Below, one piece after another: positions 26,610 to 36,477 of a stretch of DNA of 60,609 bases (within the stretch, counting starts at the first letter, position 1; the number at the start of each line of letters is the position of its first letter). Source of the DNA: an uncultured Planctomycetia bacterium (GTDB lineage: Bacteria > Planctomycetota > UBA8108); NCBI GenBank assembly GCA_964390645.1, contig CAYMLL010000010.1:1-60609 (forward strand), given 5' to 3'. Made by a program: the position numbers and the translations under genes. The notes beneath the pieces are model-generated. The model was not told where the DNA came from, did not search any database, and worked only from the letters and a program-made list of their open reading frames with translations.

Positions 26610-29600
26610 ATGCATAGGAATGGTTTCAAGGTCCTCGGAGCCGTCATGCTCCTGACCCTAGCCACCACGCAGCGGGCTCCCGCTCAGGCTTACATCGACG
26701 GGGACGGGAGTATCCTTCCGGACGCGTTCAACATTCTGTTTCCGATCCAGAACCCGAGGGGTTGTGGCGGCGGTGGTCCTGGCGTGATGGCCCAGAACTG
26801 GCTGCCCCGTATCGACGGGGACGGCAACCTGCTGCCCAACTTCGCCGGGGATGTCACCTACAACCCGGCTCCGGGTGACGCCATCGGACCTGCTGGCGTC
26901 GACTGGGCGCAGAGCCCGGGAGATGGCTTCCGCTACGGCACGCTCCTGGATGAGGGTTTCGGTATCTGGTACGACTCCGGCTTCATCGAGGCCCAGCTCG
27001 GGTTCCGGCCGGAAAACGACGCGCACTGTATCAACTTCCAGGACCGGTACGTCAACGTCGTCAACGCCGAGACGGGTGCCGGCTGGCCCGGCGACAACGT
27101 TCTCGGAATCGCGGTCACCTGGGTCGAGAACGTCACCGGTGAGGCGATCGCCGTGGACATCTGCACCTCGGCCGATGACTCGGTCCAGTGCTGGGTCAAC
27201 AACAAGATGGTCACGAACGTCAGCGCGTGCCGCGGTGGCAACGCTGGCTGTCAGGAGACCCGGCCGGCGGTTCTTCCGGCAGGTGTCAGCAAGATCACGG
27301 GGCTCTGCTGGGAAGGTGGCGGTGGTCACAACATGACCATCGGCATCATCGTCGACGGCACCCGCGTCGGTCCCGACAACGGCATCGTCGAGTTCCTCGG
27401 CCCGAACACGGACGGCGACCTCGAGGGCCAGGAGCAGGCGCAGATCGTCCGCGCGATTCCGGCCGACGTGGGCAACTGCCCGGAGGGGTCGAAGACGGTG
27501 ACGCTGAGCGTCACCGGCCCTGATGTTGGTGCGACGGACCTCACCGAGAGAATCACGGGCGACATTGGCGACATCGAAGTCACGTCGGAAACCGCAGAGG
27601 TGGTCCTTGATTTCGCCGACGTCCCGACCGTCCTCGATGGAAGCGGGATGGAGGTCGTCTTCGTCGGTAACGACGCGGGCGGTGGCAGCGACGACATCGA
27701 CAACGGAGACGGCACCCGCACGTCGATATCGACGTCCGGTGGCGACATCTGGTCCGGTGGCGACGACTTCATCTACAATTACAAGGAGGTCGAAGGCGAC
27801 TTCGACATCTCGATCGCCCAGTCGGACTACACGCACGAGAACGGAGCCGGTCGCTGGGGCAAGATGGGCCTGATGGCCCGCCAGATGGACGATGGCGTCC
27901 TCGACCGCTGCCAGCGCTTCACGATGAACCAGTTCCACGGCCCGCACAACGATGACGTCGCGCGGACAGCTGGCCGCCGGAACCACGGGGAATGCGGCGG
28001 CGGCATGTACGAGCTCGGCCATCCCGGGCTCGCCGGCGGCAGCCCGGCAGGCGCTCGCCCCGGCTACCTCCGTATGACGCGTCGTGGCAACATCTTCCAG
28101 TCGTGGTACTCCTCGACCGAGCCCGAGGAGCCGCTCTCCGATGACAGCTGGATCGCGGGTCACGCCGAGAACTGGGGCGCCAGCGCGCCGGAGTCCGTCG
28201 CGATCGGTGTCGCGAACTCGGAGCACAACTCCGACGGTGCGCTCCCGCACAGCTTCGTCTACGAATTCCTCTCCCAGGGCGACCCACCGCCGCCGCCGCT
28301 TCTCGCGGTCCTGGTGAACTGGTCAGCAGTCTCCAACGACGATCTCGTGGCCGGGGTTTCCTACACGGTTACCGCCGGGTCGCCGAGCTCGCTGAACCTG
28401 TCCGCCATCCATGCCAGCGGCGGGGCCGCCGGCCCGGGCGGCCTGTGGCTGGATCCGGACGCGCAGTGCGCAAACCGCACGATCGCTGACGGGACGTGCC
28501 CGGCCGAGAAGGTCATCACGGGCAGCGCCGAGGGCGGTGGTGGCGCCGATGACGACGTGATCACCCTCCAGGAGACGATCATCAGCAGCGCGGCTCCCGC
28601 CCCTGCTGGAGGTCCCAACGATCTTGCCAACGACGCGTGTGAGGATGCGATCAGCGTCGCGATTCCTTCCGTGACGGCCGGCTCCACGACCGGCGCGACT
28701 CCTGACCCCAACGGTTGCGCCGACGGCAACAACGACAACTCGCCGGCGGTCTGGTACTCGATCGTCGGTGACGGCCACACGATCACCGTCAGCACGTGCG
28801 GCGACTCGGCCTACGACACTTCGGTGTCGGCGTACTCCGGCGGTTGCGGCGATCTCACCTGCATCGTATCGAACGATGACAACTGCCCGTCGGAACGCGT
28901 TCAGTCCACGGTCACCGTCGACAGCGCGGAGGGCGAGGAGATCCTGATTCGCGTCCACGGCTGGTCCGGGGAAAGCGGCGATTACACGCTCTACGTGTCG
29001 ACGAGTGCCCCCCACTTCGTGGATCTTCGCGAAATCTCTCACGACGGCGTCGTCGGGGACAAGCTCGGCCTCGGGCCGGGCCTCACAGAGACCGGCAACG
29101 GCAACTGGGCGTACCCCGCCGGGCAGCTCCTCTTTGGTCCGATCCAGCAGGAAGGTGGCAACGGCCACGCGCCTGGACACGATCGAGCCTCTGCCGACTT
29201 CCTCGACGATGGCGACACCAACGAGTGCAACGTCATGCCCGTCGAGGGCGATCTCCTCAACCCCGACTTCGACTCGATGACGCACGCCAGCGGTATCCAG
29301 AACCCGGCCGTCGGGACTGATGGCGCGGGCAACGGCATCTGGCGTTATGTCCCGAACACCGGGGGCGGGGGGCACTGCGGTGTCAACTACAACGAAGTCG
29401 GCGGCGGCGGTGACCAGATCATGCACGTCGCCGTGTTCTACCTGCATCTCGCGGAAGCCGCGGGCGTGCAGTTCGGTACCTCGAGCGACGACTCGGTCCA
29501 GCTGCTCGTCGGTTCGGGCGACTGCGGCGACGTCCAGGAGGTCGGCTACGTCAACGCCGGCCGTGGCTGGGCCAACTGCAACCAGCAGGATGTCTGGGCC

Positions 29601-30275
29601 CCGGTCTTCCTCGGCGCCGGTACTCACCGTGTGATGATGAAGGTCTTCGAGGGTGGTGGCGGTCACGGCGGGCAGGTCTTCGTCCGCGGGGCTGACGGCG
29701 GCATCCTCGGCGGTGCCTCTGCCGGTTTCGATCCGGACAGTCCGCCGGACGGGGACATCCCGGTCATCGGCAGCACGATCACCTGGGAGGTCAGCCTCGC
29801 TGACGCCCGGGATGGTGTGTCCTACATCGTCTCGGACGGTGATGATGATGGTGGCGGCGCCAGCCATGGCGGCACCGCGGCTGTCACAATCGGCGGTGCG
29901 ACCGCGGGCTTCATCGACGGTCCGTCGACGACCGTGGGCGATACCTCGACCACGGTCGAGGCCGGTGCCTGTGGTGTCAAGAACGCTGCGAACGACTGGA
30001 ACCGCGACGGTGCGGCCGACCTCTCCGACGCGGTGTCCATCTTCTCGCACCTCTTCCAGGGTGGCGACGGCTTCGCGTGTGGCGGACTGGACGCCGCCGG
30101 AACGATCGCCGTGCACGACTCCAACGGAGACGGTGGGGTCGACATGTCCGACGGAATCTCTCTGCTGCAGTATCTCTTCAGCGGAGGGGCGGAGCCGCAG
30201 CCGATCGTCCTTGCGGCCGGCGACTGCGTCCTGATGTTGGACTGCGCCGACGGCGTCGAGGACAGCTGCGAGTGA
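26610..30275 (+). CDS. Large secreted acidic multi-domain protein (two PA14-like domains, DUF1349-like beta-sandwich, PPC-like repeat, C-terminal dockerin-like domain)
   Basis: RBS AGGGAGGA, then ATG 26610 and a signal peptide ending RAPAQA. Duplicated motifs TSADDSVQ/TSSDDSVQ and WEGGGGH/FEGGGGH. GGDIWSGGDDFIYNYKEVEGDFD. NDACEDAI..AGSTTGAT. C-terminal DWNRDGAADLSD...DSNGDGGVDMSD. Confidence 0.85.
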   Translation: MHRNGFKVLGAVMLLTLATTQRAPAQAYIDGDGSILPDAFNILFPIQNPRGCGGGGPGVMAQNWLPRIDGDGNLLPNFAGDVTYNPAPGDAIGPAGVDWAQSPGDGFRYGTLLDEGFGIWYDSGFIEAQLGFRPENDAHCINFQDRYVNVVNAETGAGWPGDNVLGIAVTWVENVTGEAIAVDICTSADDSVQCWVNNKMVTNVSACRGGNAGCQETRPAVLPAGVSKITGLCWEGGGGHNMTIGIIVDGTRVGPDNGIVEFLGPNTDGDLEGQEQAQIVRAIPADVGNCPEGSKTVTLSVTGPDVGATDLTERITGDIGDIEVTSETAEVVLDFADVPTVLDGSGMEVVFVGNDAGGGSDDIDNGDGTRTSISTSGGDIWSGGDDFIYNYKEVEGDFDISIAQSDYTHENGAGRWGKMGLMARQMDDGVLDRCQRFTMNQFHGPHNDDVARTAGRRNHGECGGGMYELGHPGLAGGSPAGARPGYLRMTRRGNIFQSWYSSTEPEEPLSDDSWIAGHAENWGASAPESVAIGVANSEHNSDGALPHSFVYEFLSQGDPPPPPLLAVLVNWSAVSNDDLVAGVSYTVTAGSPSSLNLSAIHASGGAAGPGGLWLDPDAQCANRTIADGTCPAEKVITGSAEGGGGADDDVITLQETIISSAAPAPAGGPNDLANDACEDAISVAIPSVTAGSTTGATPDPNGCADGNNDNSPAVWYSIVGDGHTITVSTCGDSAYDTSVSAYSGGCGDLTCIVSNDDNCPSERVQSTVTVDSAEGEEILIRVHGWSGESGDYTLYVSTSAPHFVDLREISHDGVVGDKLGLGPGLTETGNGNWAYPAGQLLFGPIQQEGGNGHAPGHDRASADFLDDGDTNECNVMPVEGDLLNPDFDSMTHASGIQNPAVGTDGAGNGIWRYVPNTGGGGHCGVNYNEVGGGGDQIMHVAVFYLHLAEAAGVQFGTSSDDSVQLLVGSGDCGDVQEVGYVNAGRGWANCNQQDVWAPVFLGAGTHRVMMKVFEGGGGHGGQVFVRGADGGILGGASAGFDPDSPPDGDIPVIGSTITWEVSLADARDGVSYIVSDGDDDGGGASHGGTAAVTIGGATAGFIDGPSTTVGDTSTTVEAGACGVKNAANDWNRDGAADLSDAVSIFSHLFQGGDGFACGGLDAAGTIAVHDSNGDGGVDMSDGISLLQYLFSGGAEPQPIVLAAGDCVLMLDCADGVEDSCE

Positions 30276-30349
30276 TCCTCGTGTCCTGACCCTTGGCCCG
30301 AGGGTCCCTCCGGGGGATCCGCGGGCCGGGGGGAGGGTGTTCTGTCGAG

Positions 30350-30392
30350 GTGGGCCCGGGACTCTCGGTGAGTCTCGGGCCCGCTTTTTTTT
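30350..30392 (+). terminator. Rho-independent terminator
   Basis: GGGCCCGGGACTC [TCGGT] GAGTCTCGGGCCC followed by GC and a run of 8 T, 75 nt after the stop of the upstream gene. Confidence 0.9.
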
Positions 30393-30484
30393 GTCGGTCC
30401 GGATTCCTGCTGACCCGGCTCGGCGGGTTGCCGTCGACGCCGAACGGAACCCGTCCCCCCACGACTTTCCTGACTCCGCCCGTG

Positions 30485-30493
30485 TGGTACAAT
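30485..30493 (+). promoter_or_regulatory. Putative extended -10 promoter (TGGTACAAT)
   Basis: TGn-TACAAT between the terminator and the TPR gene start. Confidence 0.55.
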
Positions 30494-30548
30494 CACCCTC
30501 CGCGCTTCTGCGAGAACCCGGGTGAATGCCCACCTGACGAGAAACCCC

Positions 30549-31511
30549 ATGATCCAGCGCACCTCACGAGTGGCCGCGCTTCCGAGCGTCGGCGTGGCGA
30601 GCCTCGCGCTCCTCTTTCTCGGTGTCCCGGGTTGCAAACCGGTGGCGAACTCCCCGCAGACTGGCCCGGAGAAGACGCAGTCCAGGGGCTCCGGGTCCAG
30701 GTCCGTCGGGATCCCGCCACGGGAAGCTGGTGCCGACAGTCGCTCCGAGACGAAGCCCGAGACGAATCCCGGGGCGAAGCCCGGAACGAGTCCCGAGGAG
30801 AGTCCTTCCAGGACATTCACCGACGCCGACCAGGCCCGTGAGGCCTATCTGGCGCTGTCCCCGGAGGAGCGCCAGACCAGGATGCGGGACACTGCGCGCA
30901 AGCGCGGCGAGGCGCTCATCGACCTCAGGGAGGCGAAGCTGCACATGAGGGCCGGCGAGCCTCAGCTGGCGCTCGAGGCGCTCGACAGCTCGATCGAGCT
31001 GATACCGGGGGATGCCCGCGCCTGGAGCCTGAAAGCCGAGGTGTACCGCCAGATCGGTGAGTACGAGGCGGCCCTGGCCGTGCTGCGAGAGATGCTCGAG
31101 AGATTCCCGCCGCAACAGCACCACGACTACTACGGAGACATGGCCCGGATCGAGATCGCTCGCAAGGATCCGGGCGCCGCGCTCGAGATCCTCGCGAAGC
31201 CGCTGCAGGTCGAGCAGGGCGTTCCAGGGTTGAGGCTCTTGCGCGCCGAGTGCCTGGCCTTGCGCGGAGACACGGAAGGCGCCCTCGTCGCCGTGGAGGA
31301 CACCATTGGGAACGGCTATCTCAACGCGAAGAAGCTGCGCCAGAACGAGAACCTCGCCAGCCTGCGCGAGGAGCCCCGCTTCGAGGCCCTCGTCAGGGGG
31401 CTCGAAGAGCGCATGAACAAGAACCACGCCAGGGCCCGGGCGTCGCTCGCCGCGGAGAAAGCGGAGCAGGACGCGCAGAAGCGGGAGAGCTCCGCCGCAG
31501 AGCAGCGCTGA
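30549..31511 (+). CDS. TPR-repeat protein, probable lipoprotein
   Basis: Hydrophobic N-terminus ending VPGC, a Pro/Ser/Glu-rich linker, and TPR-like helices (ARAWSLKAEVYRQIGEYEAAL). C-terminal NENLASLREEPRFEAL. Confidence 0.8.
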   Translation: MIQRTSRVAALPSVGVASLALLFLGVPGCKPVANSPQTGPEKTQSRGSGSRSVGIPPREAGADSRSETKPETNPGAKPGTSPEESPSRTFTDADQAREAYLALSPEERQTRMRDTARKRGEALIDLREAKLHMRAGEPQLALEALDSSIELIPGDARAWSLKAEVYRQIGEYEAALAVLREMLERFPPQQHHDYYGDMARIEIARKDPGAALEILAKPLQVEQGVPGLRLLRAECLALRGDTEGALVAVEDTIGNGYLNAKKLRQNENLASLREEPRFEALVRGLEERMNKNHARARASLAAEKAEQDAQKRESSAAEQR

Positions 31512-31637
31512 CGTGTCGGGTGCGCCGGACCCCATGGGGCTGGGGCTTGTCGACGCGATCGTTCCGGACGTTCACCGCGGGCGAGAGGGACCGTCAACGC
31601 GAGCCGCGCGCGAGCAGAGCCGGGATACGACGGCCGA

Positions 31638-32120
31638 TCACGAGGACTTTCCCGGTCCGATCCTTCCGGAGCTGTCATCGAGCTTCGTCGCTCCGAGGGC
31701 GACCAGCAGCACGGCGACGAAGAAGAGCGCAGCGCCGACCGGCACCAGCAGTATGCCCAGCCCCGGGTCGCCGCTGTAGATCACGATGCCTCCCAGGAAG
31801 AACCCCCCGGGTAGCAGGACGCTCGACGCCATGAGGAGCGGCGAGGCGAATCGCTGCATCTTGACCGGCTCGAATGGTAACGCGCGCAGCGTCACGGCGA
31901 AGGCGACGTGTACCAGCGACAGCAGCGCGCCGTGAGCGTGAGCCAGGCGCCACATCAGTCGACGCGTCTCGTTGTCGGTGTCGAGATAGTAGCCGACTTT
32001 CAGGCCGTGAAGCACCTCGAGAACGACTCCCAGGCTGAGGAACACGAGCAGCGACCACCAGCCGAATCGCAGGTGGCGGATCGTGCAGCGAGTGCTGCGG
32101 TCGAGGTTGGCGGTCGGCAC
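31638..32120 (-). CDS. Four-TM hypothetical membrane protein downstream of the octaheme cytochrome
   Basis: Four hydrophobic segments, His-containing motifs (LEVLHG, RLAHAHGALL), 22 nt from the cytochrome stop. Confidence 0.75.
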   Translation of the reverse strand: MPTANLDRSTRCTIRHLRFGWWSLLVFLSLGVVLEVLHGLKVGYYLDTDNETRRLMWRLAHAHGALLSLVHVAFAVTLRALPFEPVKMQRFASPLLMASSVLLPGGFFLGGIVIYSGDPGLGILLVPVGAALFFVAVLLVALGATKLDDSSGRIGPGKSS

Positions 32121-32142
32121 GGTGGTCTCGCCGCGCGCCGTT

Positions 32143-34116
32143 CTATTGCTTGAGGTGAACCCGGACCTTGTTGCGCTGCTGCACGCCCCGCCGCCAGAGA
32201 CAGCGGTTCAGGCGCCCGTCGTCGCCGATCAGGACCTCCTTTCGGCGCGTCGCGACCGGCCCCCGGCCGTGCCAGAGGTTCATCACCTCGTTGACCTTGG
32301 ACTCTCTCTCCCCGGGGGGTAGGAGGAAGTCGTACTCGAACGAGTCGTATCCCGGAAGCGACCGCAGAGAGCGACCGGCGATGTAGCGGACCGCGTCGTA
32401 GGAGTCGTCGAGCGATGGAGCCAGGAGAGGGACCATCCAGTCCGTGCCCGAGGCCTCTTGAGCCTCCTTCCAGCCGTAGGCCCACGCCAGGAGCGCCCGT
32501 TGACCCGCGTCGCCCTTGAAGAGCCAGTACGCCGAGGCGGCGAAGTACTTCAGGTCGTCCGTCAGCTGTGGCTTTGCGACACCCCAGGACTCGTGGAGCT
32601 CGTCCGCGGCCCACTCGAGCGTGCGATCGAGATGACAGAGGTTGCACGCGTTCGGACGGCCGGTCGCGATCGACGCCGTCACCGTCGGAGTCGTGATCGT
32701 GTGGCTGCGAGTCGCCTTCAGCAGACCGTAGGTGGTGTAGGGCATGTGGCAGTTGTAACAGAGGCTGCCGGACGAGCTGACGTCGTGATGCGTGTGCGCC
32801 GCCAGGCGGGTCTCGTCTTCGAGCTCCTCGTGGCACGGCAGACACGCATCGTTGCCCCGCATTCCGACCTTCAGCTGATCGTCGGCCCACTCCTGCCACG
32901 GGCGCGGATCATCCGTACGCTGGTGCATCTCATGACAGGACAGACAGGACAGCGTCTCGTCGTCGCTCTTTGCGTCGGCGAAGCAAGGGGAGTCCAGATG
33001 AGCAGCGTACTCTCGACCGGTGATGCGAACCAGCCCATCCGCCCAGTAGCGATCCACGAGAAAGGTCGCGGAACCGCCGGCGGCGACCTGGATCGCCTTC
33101 ACACGGGGCTCGGGTATCGTCTTCCTGTGAATCGTGTACTTCGACTCCTCGAGCCGTTGTCCCGGACGGAACGAGAATCCCTCGCCCAGCGAACGCTCCG
33201 ACTCCGTCTCCGTCGTCGGTTGCCAGAGACTGTGGCACTGACCGCAGATGTCCGTCGCCAGGCGCGGGGAGAGCTTCGCCGGATTCACGATGCTCGTGTC
33301 GCTCTCGGCGCCGAAGTGCTGACCGTAGCGGTGGATCGGGTCCTGATTCGACGAGACATGCTCTGCCGCGGGACCGTGGCACGCCTCGCAAGCGATGCCG
33401 AAGTCGGCGACCCGCGTGTCCATCCCCGCGAGCCGTGGCTGCTGCCCCGTCGCGTGGCACTGCTGGCAGCCGGAGTTCCACTCGCCGCTCCTGTTGTCGA
33501 CGCTCGTCTGCCCGAGCTGCCGGTAGCTCTGCTTCAGGAACGAGGAATTCTCCGGAATCCAGCGCTCGCTTTCGCGCAGGTAGACGAAGGGCAGCAGTGC
33601 CACCGCACGCCGATCGCCGGTGGCGTACCAGTAGGCTTGCATGTGATGCGAGCCCGTCGTCATGACGATCTGCCTGCGGTCGGGCTTTCCGCCCGTTGCC
33701 GGCGACGTCTCGACGAAGAAGTCCTCACCCTCGCGCAGCAGACGGTACTCCCGATCGAGGAGCTTGCGGGGCGTGCCGTCGAAGTGGCCGATGACCGAGT
33801 GCGGCCCGGCGATCTGCGTCATCGTCCGGTGATACGAGCGGTTCCAGGTCCTCCACGGCTGCGGGTGGCACGCGCGGCACGTCGCGGAGGAGACGTAGCC
33901 GTTCTCCTCGACGCGGATCGGCCGGTTCACGACCTCCGCCTCGGAAGCCGGCACGATCCGTCCGGAGTGAACGATCCAGACCAGCCCCGCGGTGACGACG
34001 GCGATCGAGACACAGATCCGCAGCCCCACATCCCGCTGTCGCCAGGACACGAGGGCTCCGATCGCCAGAAATGTCCCGATCAGCGACACGAGGAGCTGGA
34101 TGCCTTCGACTCTCAC
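32143..34116 (-). CDS. Membrane-anchored octaheme c-type cytochrome (c554/c552-like)
   Basis: Eight CxxCH motifs (CRACH, CQQCH, CEACH, CGQCH, CLSCH, CLPCH, CYNCH, CNLCH) and two N-terminal TM helices. SD GGAGG and a minus-strand TAGAAT box at 34161-34166. Confidence 0.9.
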   Translation of the reverse strand: MRVEGIQLLVSLIGTFLAIGALVSWRQRDVGLRICVSIAVVTAGLVWIVHSGRIVPASEAEVVNRPIRVEENGYVSSATCRACHPQPWRTWNRSYHRTMTQIAGPHSVIGHFDGTPRKLLDREYRLLREGEDFFVETSPATGGKPDRRQIVMTTGSHHMQAYWYATGDRRAVALLPFVYLRESERWIPENSSFLKQSYRQLGQTSVDNRSGEWNSGCQQCHATGQQPRLAGMDTRVADFGIACEACHGPAAEHVSSNQDPIHRYGQHFGAESDTSIVNPAKLSPRLATDICGQCHSLWQPTTETESERSLGEGFSFRPGQRLEESKYTIHRKTIPEPRVKAIQVAAGGSATFLVDRYWADGLVRITGREYAAHLDSPCFADAKSDDETLSCLSCHEMHQRTDDPRPWQEWADDQLKVGMRGNDACLPCHEELEDETRLAAHTHHDVSSSGSLCYNCHMPYTTYGLLKATRSHTITTPTVTASIATGRPNACNLCHLDRTLEWAADELHESWGVAKPQLTDDLKYFAASAYWLFKGDAGQRALLAWAYGWKEAQEASGTDWMVPLLAPSLDDSYDAVRYIAGRSLRSLPGYDSFEYDFLLPPGERESKVNEVMNLWHGRGPVATRRKEVLIGDDGRLNRCLWRRGVQQRNKVRVHLKQ

Positions 34117-34457
34117 CGATCCTCCGTCTCGGTTGCGGTCCCGTACCTGCTTGCGCTTCGATTCTACGATCTCGCACGGTGGACGTAAACGGGCGGTGCA
34201 GGCTCCGGTGCCCGGATGTCGTGGAGACCCTGCCCGGCCCTCCGGCGACCGCGCCGATCATCCGGTCCTCCGTCGCTCCTGCTCGCCGTCGGGCCATCGA
34301 GATCGCGTCGTCGTCGCTTCTCGATCGCGTCGACCGCGCTCTCTTCTTCCGGGCGATCGCATGGCGGCGTCCGCCTGCGCTGTCGACGGGGATGCGGGCT
34401 TCCCCGTCACCCTCGCTCTCGTTGTCCCGGTCAGTCCTTCGATTCGAAGCCGGGTCG

Positions 34458-35480
34458 TCAGCCGATGGTCAGGACGAGCCTGCCGAGCACTTCACCGCCT
34501 CGCAGCTTCGCGTGCGCCTCGTTGACGGCCTCCAGCGGGAAACGTTCCGTGACGATCGACCGGGTCTTCCCGTCGGCCACGAGCCGAGCTGCGGCGGCTA
34601 TGTCGGAGCGTCCGCCGCAGCGTGTTCCGAGGAACTCGAGCTCGTTCTGCGCCATGCGCTTTCCTTCGAGCGTCCAGGAGTCGGGAGTGTAGCCGACGAG
34701 GACGAATCGCCCGCCGTTCGCCAGCGAATCGATGCCTGCTGCGATGGTCGTCTCGCTTCCCACGACGTCGATGACACAGTCGGCGCCCCAGCCCCCGGTC
34801 ATTCGGCGGACCTCGGCCGCGACGTCCGCCTCCGACGCGTTGATCGTCTCGTCCGCACCCAGCTCTGCCGCTCGAGAGCACTTCACCCGGGTGCGCTCCA
34901 CCGAGATCACGCGCGCTCCGGTGAACCGCGCGAACTGGACCACGAAGGATCCGACCCCGCCGGCGCCGACGATCACGACAGTCTCGCCGTCTCGGATCCG
35001 GGATCGATCGACCGAGTGGTATGCGGTGATCCCCGCGTCGGCGAGCACGGCGGCGTCCGCCCAGTCGATTCCGTCCGGTAGCTGGACGATCTGCTTCGCA
35101 GGCACGGTGAAGTACTCCGCGTACGCGCCTGCGATACCCTTCACGCCGACGATGCCGCCGATGTCGGGGCAGAGCTGAGTGCGCCCGCTGCGGCAGTTCC
35201 GGCACTCGCCACAGGTGACGAAGTTGTAGGTCGTGACCCGATCTCCGGGGCGGACGTCCGCGACGTTCGATCCGGTCCGCGCGACGACTCCCGCGGGCTC
35301 GTGGCCCATGACGAACGGCAGCTCCGCTCGGTAGCCGAAGCCGTCGAGCATCTTCAGGTCGGTCCCGTCGACGCCGCAGGCCATGACCTTGACCAGGACG
35401 TCGTCGGGACCGGGCTCCGGCGTCTCGATCGACTCGATCTTCAGCGCCTGTCCGAACTCGTGGAGAACAGCGGCCTTCAT
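34458..35480 (-). CDS. Zinc-dependent medium-chain dehydrogenase
   Basis: MKAAVLHEFG, ACGVDGTD, GHE, structural Zn cluster CGECRNCRSGRTQLC, GAGGVG Rossmann motif. Confidence 0.93.
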   Translation of the reverse strand: MKAAVLHEFGQALKIESIETPEPGPDDVLVKVMACGVDGTDLKMLDGFGYRAELPFVMGHEPAGVVARTGSNVADVRPGDRVTTYNFVTCGECRNCRSGRTQLCPDIGGIVGVKGIAGAYAEYFTVPAKQIVQLPDGIDWADAAVLADAGITAYHSVDRSRIRDGETVVIVGAGGVGSFVVQFARFTGARVISVERTRVKCSRAAELGADETINASEADVAAEVRRMTGGWGADCVIDVVGSETTIAAGIDSLANGGRFVLVGYTPDSWTLEGKRMAQNELEFLGTRCGGRSDIAAAARLVADGKTRSIVTERFPLEAVNEAHAKLRGGEVLGRLVLTIG

Positions 35481-35484
35481 GGAC

Positions 35485-36426
35485 TCAGACACCCGGGCGC
35501 AAACCGATGATGTCGCGAGCTTCCGTGACCGTCGCGACCGGACGTCCGACCGACTTCGCCATCTGCACGACCCGATCGACCAGGTCGGCGTTCGAGGACG
35601 CGTAGGAGCCGTCGGGATGCCGGCCGCAATCCTCGTAGCCGACACGGATGTGTCCGTCCTGCAGCACACCGCGGTTGATCTGCGCCCAGTACTCCTTCGC
35701 GCAACGAGACATGCACGACATCGACCAGTTGAGGCTCTCCGGCCGGTGGTAGATCTGGTTGAAGAGCGAGATGTCGGTCATCGGTTGACAGCTCTGTCCC
35801 GGCCAGCCGAAGAAAAACGTCGCCCAGAGCGGGTCGGCGAGGAGCCCCGTCTCCTCCTCCACCTCGTTCGAGTCGTTCCAGAAGATCCCGTCACGGATGA
35901 TCCGCACGGCGTCGAACGCGCCGGTGTCGAAGCACTCGAGCTCGGGCTTGACGCCGTGTTCCTTCGCCCACTGGAAGTACTGTCGCAGCTCGTCGATCGG
36001 GTGGACGGAGTAGCAGCAGATCGGCTTCACCTCGCGGGGGTAGGGGTCGAAGTACTCGTCGTGGGAGTTGAGGTTCAGCGAGCTCATGTCCGGCTTGATC
36101 TGCGCCCAGAGCTCCAGCTTCTGCTCCGGTCGCATGCTGGCGAGCCCCTGCTGGATCGCCGCGTTCGGGAACTTCTCGCGGATCTTCTCGACGATCGCGG
36201 TCGTGCCACCGATGTCGGGGATCTGGAGCTGCCGTCCGTCGGGCTGGACCACGGGATCCCGCGAGTAGATTCCGTGGATGTGGTTCATCACCGCGCCCGC
36301 CTCGTTGGCGTCGATGTACTCCCTGGCGATCGGGTCGACGGTTGTCAGCTCCTCGGTGCGAGGGTTCAGCGGATCCTGCAGCTGGGGGTCGCATGTGACG
36401 GTGATGATCAGCGGAGTCCATTCCAT
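35485..36426 (-). CDS. 3-keto-5-aminohexanoate cleavage enzyme family (BKACE/DUF849)
   Basis: PLIITVT, EAGAVMNHIH (HxH), KPELECFDTG, GHIRVGYED, SNADLV. Confidence 0.88.
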   Translation of the reverse strand: MEWTPLIITVTCDPQLQDPLNPRTEELTTVDPIAREYIDANEAGAVMNHIHGIYSRDPVVQPDGRQLQIPDIGGTTAIVEKIREKFPNAAIQQGLASMRPEQKLELWAQIKPDMSSLNLNSHDEYFDPYPREVKPICCYSVHPIDELRQYFQWAKEHGVKPELECFDTGAFDAVRIIRDGIFWNDSNEVEEETGLLADPLWATFFFGWPGQSCQPMTDISLFNQIYHRPESLNWSMSCMSRCAKEYWAQINRGVLQDGHIRVGYEDCGRHPDGSYASSNADLVDRVVQMAKSVGRPVATVTEARDIIGLRPGV

Positions 36427-36477
36427 GGGTCGATCCTCTCGGTGTCGTTTGCCGTCGTTACCCGGATCGCCGTCGCG

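Noticed and set aside
30660-30830. Pro/Glu/Thr-rich repeat-like segment in the TPR lipoprotein
   Set aside because: Low-complexity linker without a true DNA tandem repeat; common in lipoproteins.
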